64,000 nucleotides of DNA from a virus. The stretch is from positions 71,756 to 135,755 of IMG/VR virus record IMGVR_UViG_3300012920_000022, one strand, 5' to 3'. This document shows, in pieces, positions 1 through 9,733 of the stretch. The notes under the pieces are model-generated. The model did no database searches, was not told the DNA's origin, and saw nothing but the letters and a program-made list of their open reading frames with translations. The position numbers and the translations under genes are program-made. Position 1 is the stretch's first letter, and each line of letters opens with the position of its first letter.

Positions 1-1
1 G

Positions 2-745
2 GTGAAATATCCAATATATTGTTTAGAATATGGTGTTGAATTATATTATTTTAAATCCATTAATGAACTCACCATAGAAAACTGGTTTTTTGGTGAATTA
101 CCAGATTCTTTATTTAATCTAACTAATCTAACTAGTTTGAACATATTTAATACTCATATAACCAAAATTCCCGATAATATCGGGAATTTAACCAATTTAT
201 GCACATTAAATATAAAATATAACAAGAGATTGACCAAATTACCAGAATCTATTGGTAATTTGGTCAATCTCACAGATTTATGTTTATCTGATAATGGTAT
301 TAATAGTCTACCAGAATCTATTGGTAAACTTGGTAAATTGCACACATTAAATACAACAAATAATCAATTATCCCATGGACTTCCAGAAACAATTGGCAAT
401 TTGAAGAATCTTCAAATTCTTCAAATTGCCAATTGTTTCTTAACTAAATTACCGAAATCTATTATTAAATTGCACAATTTAACAAAATTATATATTAATA
501 ATAATTCTATTACTAAATTACCGGAATCAATAGGTGAATTAAAAAGCTTAACTCATATAATTTTTAATGATAATTATATTACCAAATTACCGAAATCAAT
601 GGGTGATCTGGATAATTTGATTTGTTTGGATATTTCTAATAACCAAATATCAAATAATGTTAGTAAATTAAATGAAATGAAGAATTTGCGTATTTTTAAT
701 AACAACTATAATAATAGTGAATTACATGAAATTCACTTTAAATGA
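2..745 (+). CDS. Leucine-rich repeat protein (LRR-1), 5' end outside the window
   Basis: 23-aa repeats LxxLxLxxNxLxxLPESIGxL; starts inside the family N-cap (YPIYCLEYGVE). Confidence 0.93.
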   Translation: MKYPIYCLEYGVELYYFKSINELTIENWFFGELPDSLFNLTNLTSLNIFNTHITKIPDNIGNLTNLCTLNIKYNKRLTKLPESIGNLVNLTDLCLSDNGINSLPESIGKLGKLHTLNTTNNQLSHGLPETIGNLKNLQILQIANCFLTKLPKSIIKLHNLTKLYINNNSITKLPESIGELKSLTHIIFNDNYITKLPKSMGDLDNLICLDISNNQISNNVSKLNEMKNLRIFNNNYNNSELHEIHFK

Positions 746-1370
746 AATAAAGAAAATGGACTATAATAATTTAGATGATCATATAGATGGTTTAGTTAAC
801 ATATTAGATTCTATAGAACCCAATGGATCTGTATACTTATTAACTGGTTCTAATGGATCTGGGAAATCACTCATAAGATCACAGCTACCACACTATATAT
901 CTAGAAAATTAAATGTTGATGCTGGTAGTTGTACTGCTTCAACTAGCATGGCTTTGAGAACTGGTTCTAACCCAGAAATGGGTGGTCTTAGTGGAATGAT
1001 GAGGGATACTGGATGGTTGCCCACAAGTATGGAAACTTTTGATAATATAATTGGTTTATTGAAAGTTAAAGATAGATTTTTAACTATAGATGAGCCTGAA
1101 ATAGGCATGGGGGAAGAAACTATTATGTCATTGTGTAGCATGCTCAATGATAAACTCAAAGAATTATCATCAGAAGAATTTAAGGGTTGTATGATAATAA
1201 CACATAACAGATATCTAGTCGAAAATTTGGATTATGACTATTTTTTAAATACTGATGGTTATTCCAGCAAAAACGATTGGTTAAATAGAAAAATCATCCC
1301 TATTAACATCGATGAATTGATGGATAATAAACTATCAAAAGCAATAAACAACAGGACAAATAAAAAATAG
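717..1370 (+). CDS. Small ABC/AAA-type P-loop ATPase
   Basis: Walker A GSNGSGKS, Walker B FLTIDEPE, H-loop IITHNR. Confidence 0.8.
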   Translation: MNYMKFTLNEIKKMDYNNLDDHIDGLVNILDSIEPNGSVYLLTGSNGSGKSLIRSQLPHYISRKLNVDAGSCTASTSMALRTGSNPEMGGLSGMMRDTGWLPTSMETFDNIIGLLKVKDRFLTIDEPEIGMGEETIMSLCSMLNDKLKELSSEEFKGCMIITHNRYLVENLDYDYFLNTDGYSSKNDWLNRKIIPINIDELMDNKLSKAINNRTNKK

Positions 1371-1371
1371 G

Positions 1372-1890
1372 ATGTCAACTATAATATACGATGCTTACAA
1401 ATATGATGGTAATTTACAATCACTTATGGATGAATTACCCAGAGTAAGAATTGATTTCCACAAACACATAGAATCTAATCTTAAATCTTTATTTAATGAT
1501 GAGATAATGGATGCAGATAATGCATATCAATCAGTTAAAAATATGGCAAAATCTGATATGAGATGGATTCAAGAATATGAAGATACATGTATACAAGTAT
1601 ATGTGTGTGAAGACATAATATACATACAATTATTTGGAATGATAAAAAGCATACACATACATGATGATTTAATAAAGAAATTATATGATTTTTCCTTTGA
1701 TGACAGATGTATGGATGATAGTGAAAAAGATTGGTGGAAGAGTAGAGAAAAAATCTGGGGGAAAATATTTCATAAATCACCGATACCATTATATGCTGGA
1801 CTATCATATAGTATCGGTGATTCCAATATTATGTTACTTGACACAATAAGGAAAATAAGAGGTGAAAAGCCAATATATGGATACGGATAA
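1372..1890 (+). CDS. Hypothetical protein
   Basis: 172-aa ORF tightly packed in the operon. Confidence 0.7.
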   Translation: MSTIIYDAYKYDGNLQSLMDELPRVRIDFHKHIESNLKSLFNDEIMDADNAYQSVKNMAKSDMRWIQEYEDTCIQVYVCEDIIYIQLFGMIKSIHIHDDLIKKLYDFSFDDRCMDDSEKDWWKSREKIWGKIFHKSPIPLYAGLSYSIGDSNIMLLDTIRKIRGEKPIYGYG

Positions 1891-2959
1891 TAAAATATTA
1901 CAATTATTAAGCAGTGATGATGATGCCAATATTAAATTAGCATTTAGCATTGTTAAACCATTACAGTATGGGGATTCTGTGGCTGTAAAGTTAAGAGAGT
2001 TTCCATATTATTGTTTGGAGCATGATCTGGAGATGGATTTTATGGTTGAATTATGTAAATTAACCATAAAACATGTAAAATTCAATAAATTACCAGAATC
2101 TATTGGTAAATTGACTAAATTGACTAAATTGACTATTGAGGATACTGGGATATCAAAACTACCAGAATCTATTGGTAAACTAATTAATCTTAAAACGCTG
2201 TCTATTATTGGTCATACCATAACCAAACTACCAGATGCCATAGGTGATTTGACCAATTTAAGATGGTTAAATATTGAGAGAGGTACATTATCAGAACTAC
2301 CAGATGCCATAGGTAATCTGGAAAATTTGGATATATTATCTATTGTTAAAAATAATTTGAATTCATTACCAGAATCTATTGGTAAACTCAATATGTTGAC
2401 TATGTTGACTATTAAGTATACTGGGGTATCAAAACTACCGGAATCCATAAGCAATCTGGTAAACTTAAAGCAATTAACCATTGTGGATAGTATGTTATTA
2501 AGTTTACCAGATTGCATAGCTAAATTAGTAAACCTAGACACATTATCTATTCCTGGTAATTTTATTACTAAATTACCAAAATCAATAGGTAATCTAAATA
2601 AACTCACCAGGGTTGATATTAGTGGAAATCAGTTAGTGGAACTACCAGAATCAATAGGTAATTTGATAAACTTAATTTCATTGTATTTACATGACAATAC
2701 CATAGCTAGATTACCAGAATCTATTGTAAAATTACGACAATTGTTGTGTTTAGATTTATCAAATAATAACTTATTTGATTTACCCAAAGAATTTACCAGT
2801 ATGGTTGGTTTACAAGAATTATCTTTATTTAATAATCAACTTATGGATCTCCCACCAACCATATCAAATATGGTTGGTTTAACAACTATAAATGTACGTA
2901 GTAATAATTTTAATAAAATACCCGTATTTTATCATACTCCCATAACTATTTTAACATGA
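1877..2959 (+). CDS. LRR protein (LRR-2)
   Basis: N-cap ILQLLSSDDDANIKLAF...FPYYCLEH followed by about 12 LRRs; ATG at 1877 preferred to the track start at 1862. Confidence 0.93.
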   Translation: MDTDNKILQLLSSDDDANIKLAFSIVKPLQYGDSVAVKLREFPYYCLEHDLEMDFMVELCKLTIKHVKFNKLPESIGKLTKLTKLTIEDTGISKLPESIGKLINLKTLSIIGHTITKLPDAIGDLTNLRWLNIERGTLSELPDAIGNLENLDILSIVKNNLNSLPESIGKLNMLTMLTIKYTGVSKLPESISNLVNLKQLTIVDSMLLSLPDCIAKLVNLDTLSIPGNFITKLPKSIGNLNKLTRVDISGNQLVELPESIGNLINLISLYLHDNTIARLPESIVKLRQLLCLDLSNNNLFDLPKEFTSMVGLQELSLFNNQLMDLPPTISNMVGLTTINVRSNNFNKIPVFYHTPITILT

Positions 2960-3813
2960 TGGATGATAATATATTAATATTATTAGATGGTGATGATATT
3001 AATATTAGATTAGCTTTTACCATGGTTAAATCATTGAATTATGATGAAGTTGTTTCCGATAGATTAAGAGAATTCCCGTTATATTGTTTGGAATATGGTG
3101 TGGAAATGGATTATATGATCAATTTAAAGAGTTTAAAAATTGATCATATGGGGATTGATAAATTACCAGATTCTATCGGGGAATTAAAAAATCTTATATC
3201 TCTGGATATAAGTCACAACCATCTCATGTACCTACCAAATAGTATTGGGGAATTAAAAAATCTTGAACAATTATGGTTAAATAATAATTTTTTAGTTGAA
3301 TTACCTGAATCGATCAAGAATCTATGTAAACTCAACATGTTGAGTTTACATGATAATGAATTTAACCATTTTCCCGAATCAATATGCAAATTACAAAATA
3401 TTCAGTGGATAGATTGTGAAAATAATCTAATATATGAATTACCAGATTCTATCGGGGAATTAAAGAATTTGAGAGAACTAAGTTTTAATCATAATTATAT
3501 TAGCAAGTTGCCAGATTCTATCGGGGAATTAAAGAATCTAAGATCTTTGGATGTTGGTTTTAATAAAATGATTGAATTGCCTGATACTATAGGAGGATTA
3601 TGTAAACTATTTAGATTATCTGTTTGTGATAACTATATATCTGAATTACCAAAATCCATATCAAAACTAAAACATATTAGTTCCATAGATATAAATGATA
3701 ATCCTATCGTTCACATTCCAGAATTTATATATGAATTAGAAAGCTTAAATTATTTACATCATAATGATATAACCATCAATTTAAAAACTTCCGAAACATG
3801 GAAAATAAGGTAA
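2956..3813 (+). CDS. LRR protein (LRR-3)
   Basis: N-cap DDINIRLAF...FPLYCLEYGVE; LPDSIGELKNL repeats; ATGA overlap with LRR-2. Confidence 0.93.
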   Translation: MMDDNILILLDGDDINIRLAFTMVKSLNYDEVVSDRLREFPLYCLEYGVEMDYMINLKSLKIDHMGIDKLPDSIGELKNLISLDISHNHLMYLPNSIGELKNLEQLWLNNNFLVELPESIKNLCKLNMLSLHDNEFNHFPESICKLQNIQWIDCENNLIYELPDSIGELKNLRELSFNHNYISKLPDSIGELKNLRSLDVGFNKMIELPDTIGGLCKLFRLSVCDNYISELPKSISKLKHISSIDINDNPIVHIPEFIYELESLNYLHHNDITINLKTSETWKIR

Positions 3814-4889
3814 TTAGTTTAATAAATAGTGATGATATTACTAATATAGATTTAGCATTTACACTAATTAAATCTATATATGCAAATGATAGTTATAGTG
3901 AAACAATATTATCTGAAATCAAATCATATCCTACATATTGTTTAAAATATGGTATAGCATTATCTTATATTAATAGATTGGATATATCCAATCTTGATGA
4001 ATTTAATCTATTAATCTATCATATATCTGAATTAACATCACTATATTATTTAAATATATATGATATAAATTTAAATGAATTACCCTCTGAAATTGGTGAT
4101 CTAATAGAATTGCGTAGGTTGGATTTGAATAATAACAACCTACGCACATTACCTGATTCTATTGGGAATTTACATAATCTATGCTGGTTATCCATAAACT
4201 ATAATAGATTAGATATTTTCCCAGATTGCATTACTAAGTTATATAATTTAAGATCATTGTTTATAACTGGTAATGGATTGTATGAATTACCAGAATCAAT
4301 AGGCAAACTGAAGAATTTATCCAGTTTACATGCTGGTAACAATTATTTTATTTCAGGCTTACCAGAATCAATAGGAGAATTAAAGAAATTACGTAATATT
4401 AGCTTTGTGAATAGTAGGCTTAACACATTACCTGATTCCATAGGTGAATTGGAAAACTTACAGACTGCTAATTTATTCTATAATCTTATCCCTAGAGTAC
4501 CAGAATCAATAGGAGAATTAAAGAAATTACAAGAACTGAATCTTAACAATAATGAAATTAGTGAATTACCAGAATCAATAGGTAAATTGATAAATCTAGA
4601 ATTATTATATCTTAATTCAAATGAGCTACAAGATATACCATCATGTGTTATTGAATTAAAAAATTTAAAAGAATTACACATTGATAATAATTATTTGTAT
4701 GTAATTCCTGAATCAATGGGTGAATTAACTAATTTACAAGAGTTAAGTTTGGCTAAAAACGAGCTACAGGATCTCCCATCATCAATCAATCAACTAATGA
4801 AATTAAGAGAATTGAATATATCTGAAAATTATATTGATGATTTACCGTGGTATCTATATGACATGAATGATCTTATAGTTATTAGATGA
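3798..4889 (+). CDS. LRR protein (LRR-4)
   Basis: N-cap LINSDDITNIDLAF...YPTYCLKYG; about 12 LRRs. Confidence 0.93.
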   Translation: MENKVISLINSDDITNIDLAFTLIKSIYANDSYSETILSEIKSYPTYCLKYGIALSYINRLDISNLDEFNLLIYHISELTSLYYLNIYDINLNELPSEIGDLIELRRLDLNNNNLRTLPDSIGNLHNLCWLSINYNRLDIFPDCITKLYNLRSLFITGNGLYELPESIGKLKNLSSLHAGNNYFISGLPESIGELKKLRNISFVNSRLNTLPDSIGELENLQTANLFYNLIPRVPESIGELKKLQELNLNNNEISELPESIGKLINLELLYLNSNELQDIPSCVIELKNLKELHIDNNYLYVIPESMGELTNLQELSLAKNELQDLPSSINQLMKLRELNISENYIDDLPWYLYDMNDLIVIR

Positions 4890-4920
4890 CATATAAGATT
4901 AATAAATAACACAAATAACT

Positions 4921-7900
4921 GTGTTATTAATGAATAGACAATTAATACGTACATATCCCACTATCACTGGAAACATTAAAATATCAATTTCCAGAGACAA
5001 TGTTTACTTAACTACCATCAATTCTACTAATAATCTAAACAGAAATAATTATAAATACATCAAGAGACCAAATTCTGGTAACTTTATAGATGATTTAAAA
5101 AACTTCTACAATACTATACAATCAACTGATATGTATAGTATTGTAGAAGAAAGCTTATCCGAATCAATAAGAAATGATTTTAATGATCAATATTCTACTA
5201 TATATGATGCTGGATTACGTAATATATTATCATTAAAAGTACCTGAAAGACTATCTATATTTGCACCTATATATTTTAATAACACTAACGATTTCCCCAA
5301 TTCATATCATATATTTAAAGTACCTGAACCTGATATTAAAAGGAAACCTACTACTGAGATATTACCAAACAAAAAATATAGATATTTTGGTGATCATCCT
5401 ATGGAATATGGTAATAATTTAATAGACAATGATAGCTTCTTAGTAACAGATGATGTATTATTATCATATTCCATACCATCTAATGGTTATCTTATAGAAG
5501 ATAAATCTACTTTGGATAATATTACCATAGAAGAAATATTGGATAAATCAAAACTGGTTCAAAGTTTTGATTTATCCAATATCCCATATATAACTAATAC
5601 CTTAAATTATCCCGATTATCCCAACAAACCATATTATGTCAATTTTGATAACCAACAAATTACGATATATGGTATAGATTATATGAACGGATCTATTAAT
5701 CAAAAATCCATATCCATATCTAAGTTCATAGATAGTGAGTATCAAATCTCTGAATTTGATAGATTTATATCCAATCTATATACTAATAATAATTTAATAT
5801 ACCCAAATATATTAAACATAGAATTTTTATTTGATGATCCCGATGATGGATTTCATAGATATTATGGTTTTTATGGTAATTTGGATGATAAGGCTACATT
5901 TAATTTTGATTCTTTAAAATTTTCTAATGATTATAATTTAAACTTGTTTAATGAAAATTCATTACCATTAAACAGAAATTCTTTGATTACATCAGATGAT
6001 AATGTAATTATATCCCCTACCGATGTAATTGATGGTAATTTACCAATTGATGTAATTGATGAAAATGTAATATCTTTTATTAGATCCCACAATTCTGTGA
6101 TTAAAGTAAATAATCGCAAAGATCCATTAACCATGGTTAATGGAGGCATTAAAATTGGAGATTTGATAAATTATGATGGTATAATAAACATAGAATCATA
6201 TGCTTTTAATAGTCCATCAAAAGCATATGTAGAAATATCGGTAACTGATCAGTTTAAAGTAGGTGATTCTATATCTATACTTAGAAATGGTAAAACATAT
6301 ATGGAAATCATCGCTGATGATTTAAAAGACTATAAGCAATTACCATATGATCCCTATAACACAGATTATGTAGAAGGAACTAATGTTGCATATTATTTCT
6401 ACCCATTTGGTGATATTGAATCTATATCTAATGCCATAATAAACGCAATAAAATGGTTGTCTGATGATATGTCCGGTGTAATAGATGCAATATATCATGA
6501 TGGTAAAATTATAATTTATCACAGCACCCATGGTATACAGGGTAATCTGTTTTCCATAACTGCTAATACTAGTTCGCTGAATTTCACTAATGAAATTCGA
6601 TTCAGTGGTGGCACAGATTTTTCCGATAATAATATCACATTAAAAACTGATAACTTACCGGATTTATCCAATTTATATGTGTTAACTAATGATGGGTATG
6701 AAAAAGTTATAAGTATAAATAAACATTTTGAAATCATCAATAACAATTTAGTTTTTTATGATGAGTATCTCAACATAACCATTAATGATTCTAAAACTTC
6801 AATTTTGGTAAATAATACCAAAGCAACACTGCTTCTAGTAGAACCACTTAAATTCTCATTGCTAAATGTGTCCCCAATATCTGAACTTGATTTTGATTTT
6901 GATTCCGATACATATAATCTAAAATATGAGTCAGAATATTTTAGATATTTTAAAGTCAGAAAGCTGGAAGTGGGAGTTGAGTATACTATATATAAAAATT
7001 CAGATACTGTTATAGATCCTATAATATCCCATAATGGTATTCAATATACTGTTGGTGACAGTTTTACATCAATCACAAATAATTTTGATATATTAGATGG
7101 AGATCCTATAATAATTGCTAATTCTCATTTTAATGATGAGGAGGTTATATCGTTTACAGGGTTTGTAACCCTTAATGATGGTCAATCAACATACAATTAT
7201 GATAATCCGGAAGAAAAGTATAGATCGTTAATCAAACCAACATCTAATGAATATAGTAGATTTAAAGATAATCAATTTAATACTACTGAAAATAAAATTC
7301 ATCCCAATATTTTTAAATTTGCAATTATAGGGGGTGGTGATGTTAGAGACAATCCCTATAGATTAAATTTGTCATCAGTATTTGGTAATAACTTTACTCC
7401 TGGTTTTGATTCCATAAATCAAAACCCAAATTTTTTTACTCATGAATGGTTATATTTATCCGGTAAGCCACATGATTTTGATTTGAATAATAATTTTCCT
7501 TATTTCAATAGTACCATAGATGAAGACACCATCATAAATGATGGATTTGATGACTATTTTGAATCTAATTTCATTACTTATAATGATAATGGTGTAATCA
7601 AAAAATATTATATAAATCCCAAATTAAGATATAGTGAGGTTGAAAAAGATGATAATGGTTATTTTGTATTTTTTAGGGGAGTTAGGATAAAACTAATTGG
7701 AAAACCATTTGATGGATATAGATTTTCTTCAATATTAGTATTCACAAAATCAACTTATTTAAGTCCTAATAAACCAGTAAATTTAAAATTAATTGAAAAT
7801 TCTAATCAGAAATTTGTATTATTAATAGTATATGTTAATATTGAAGATTATAAAGTATTACCAAATTTAAATGAAAAACATTTATATGAATATTCATATT

Positions 7901-9582
7901 TATACATGATGAACAGTCTTAAAAGATATGAGTCTAATCAATTCAAATTTGGAATTTTTTATGATTTTCCACCATTAAGTAATAATGTGTCATTATATGA
8001 TGGTGGGGTTGGTATTAGCGGATTTAGGGGAGTCCAATTATATGGTAAAGTAGATCTATCTTTAACTGATTTACAAAATAGAATGACTTTTGAAACTAAT
8101 AGTTTAATAGAATTATCAATTAAATTAATTGATGGGGAATTAGACAGATTAGTTGCTATGAGTGATGATACATTTATTGGTTTTACCAATCAAAATTTTA
8201 GAATTAATGATACCTCATATGAAATAAATGCTGACAATACATTATTGTCATTTGGTAAAGATTATATAGATTTATTACCAAATGGTATTGGAGTTTACAA
8301 CATACTTAATCAAGTAGCAGGAAATAATTATAGTCCCATAATCCTAAATGATACCATATACCCCATATCTAATGCAACTTGGTTTTATAGAAATGGTGGT
8401 AAAGATTTTTATGAAGATTATGCATCATTATTATCATTTTCTAGTATAGTTGATGGATTAAAAAATGGATTATTTGAAATGATTGGTGATAATATAACCT
8501 TAAATTTTATTGAACCATCTGAAATTACCATAAATAAATCACTGGAGTTAGTGGAAAGTTCTGTGATATCTCCAAAAAATCCCAGTAAATCAATAACCAC
8601 ATATGATGTCATAAACAATGATACTTCATTTAAAATTAAGAGGTATAATGGGTTTTACGATTTGCTATTAAAAGATATATTCCTCCCAGCTTACTTAAAT
8701 ATAGATAAGACATGGCTATCATTTAATTTAATTACCTGGGAGGAATACGGTAGATCTTGGGAATCAGAAATAGAATCAATACCTGTTCAAAATTGGGATA
8801 TTTCTGATGCTTGGGAAGAAATCGATGAATCATTTGATTCATTTGAATTTGATATAGATGATGTAAATAAAAGCAAAACTCTATATGATGAAAATTATAA
8901 TTTTGGATATGATGTATCCAAAATTAATCAATCATTTGGGAAATATTGTAATAAAGTCTCACTATCATCAATAGGATATGAGGGAACCGGATATTTAGAA
9001 ATAGATGATATCCATCTATTCAAGAAAGAGACATCTTTAAATGATAATACTTGGTCATTTGGTTATCTTAATAATTGGATAACACTTAGTGATAATTCGT
9101 TAATATATGGCACATATTCTACCATAGAATTGCCGATATTGTTAATGAGCAAAAACCTTAATGTCAATGAATCATTTTCCATGAATCCTAGTGATTTTAT
9201 TAATATCAGTGGTAATAAAATCATCATCGACTATGGGAATTTATTTATAAATCATATATATGATTTATATCACCAATTATTCGATGGATATATATTTGAT
9301 TGGGAAACCATGAATGGCAAGGAACAATTTATTAGAGATTATATAAATGAAAACATATATGATAGGTATATGATTAAAGATATATCAGTATATACGTCTG
9401 CAAATTATGAAAATAACTCCATTAACATAATACAAGGTAATATCATATCTTTTATTAATAATGATATGATAAATAACAAAAATATTGATACCATATTAAA
9501 TAATAGGGAAATAACAATAACTGTACCAATATCCAATATTGGTATAAATGTGGGCATATCTATAAACTCAATTCATATATGA
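4921..9582 (+). CDS. Large protein, probable virion structural (baseplate/tail) component
   Basis: 1553-aa N/D/I-rich ORF directly upstream of the tail fibre gene; TAATAAATA motif upstream; function inferred from context only. Confidence 0.55.
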   Translation: MLLMNRQLIRTYPTITGNIKISISRDNVYLTTINSTNNLNRNNYKYIKRPNSGNFIDDLKNFYNTIQSTDMYSIVEESLSESIRNDFNDQYSTIYDAGLRNILSLKVPERLSIFAPIYFNNTNDFPNSYHIFKVPEPDIKRKPTTEILPNKKYRYFGDHPMEYGNNLIDNDSFLVTDDVLLSYSIPSNGYLIEDKSTLDNITIEEILDKSKLVQSFDLSNIPYITNTLNYPDYPNKPYYVNFDNQQITIYGIDYMNGSINQKSISISKFIDSEYQISEFDRFISNLYTNNNLIYPNILNIEFLFDDPDDGFHRYYGFYGNLDDKATFNFDSLKFSNDYNLNLFNENSLPLNRNSLITSDDNVIISPTDVIDGNLPIDVIDENVISFIRSHNSVIKVNNRKDPLTMVNGGIKIGDLINYDGIINIESYAFNSPSKAYVEISVTDQFKVGDSISILRNGKTYMEIIADDLKDYKQLPYDPYNTDYVEGTNVAYYFYPFGDIESISNAIINAIKWLSDDMSGVIDAIYHDGKIIIYHSTHGIQGNLFSITANTSSLNFTNEIRFSGGTDFSDNNITLKTDNLPDLSNLYVLTNDGYEKVISINKHFEIINNNLVFYDEYLNITINDSKTSILVNNTKATLLLVEPLKFSLLNVSPISELDFDFDSDTYNLKYESEYFRYFKVRKLEVGVEYTIYKNSDTVIDPIISHNGIQYTVGDSFTSITNNFDILDGDPIIIANSHFNDEEVISFTGFVTLNDGQSTYNYDNPEEKYRSLIKPTSNEYSRFKDNQFNTTENKIHPNIFKFAIIGGGDVRDNPYRLNLSSVFGNNFTPGFDSINQNPNFFTHEWLYLSGKPHDFDLNNNFPYFNSTIDEDTIINDGFDDYFESNFITYNDNGVIKKYYINPKLRYSEVEKDDNGYFVFFRGVRIKLIGKPFDGYRFSSILVFTKSTYLSPNKPVNLKLIENSNQKFVLLIVYVNIEDYKVLPNLNEKHLYEYSYLYMMNSLKRYESNQFKFGIFYDFPPLSNNVSLYDGGVGISGFRGVQLYGKVDLSLTDLQNRMTFETNSLIELSIKLIDGELDRLVAMSDDTFIGFTNQNFRINDTSYEINADNTLLSFGKDYIDLLPNGIGVYNILNQVAGNNYSPIILNDTIYPISNATWFYRNGGKDFYEDYASLLSFSSIVDGLKNGLFEMIGDNITLNFIEPSEITINKSLELVESSVISPKNPSKSITTYDVINNDTSFKIKRYNGFYDLLLKDIFLPAYLNIDKTWLSFNLITWEEYGRSWESEIESIPVQNWDISDAWEEIDESFDSFEFDIDDVNKSKTLYDENYNFGYDVSKINQSFGKYCNKVSLSSIGYEGTGYLEIDDIHLFKKETSLNDNTWSFGYLNNWITLSDNSLIYGTYSTIELPILLMSKNLNVNESFSMNPSDFINISGNKIIIDYGNLFINHIYDLYHQLFDGYIFDWETMNGKEQFIRDYINENIYDRYMIKDISVYTSANYENNSINIIQGNIISFINNDMINNKNIDTILNNREITITVPISNIGINVGISINSIHI

Positions 9583-9733
9583 TTTTAAAGGAATCTATAT
9601 AAGATATTGATATATAATATTGCAATAAAAATATCCAGTTTACTTAATTGGAAAAGATTTTTAATGGGTATGTTGAATAATGGAATAAAATTAATATTTT
9701 TCCATAAATGATAATATGTACTATATATAGATT

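Noticed and set aside
154-4681. Antisense ORFs over LRR genes (PIDSG repeats) and similar shadow ORFs elsewhere
   Set aside because: They are reverse-frame shadows of repetitive or biased coding strands and lie inside better-supported genes
2-4889. Regularly spaced TTACCAGAATC...GG repeats resembling a CRISPR array
   Set aside because: The 69-nt period is in frame within LRR ORFs, the repeats are degenerate at codon third positions, and no cas genes are present
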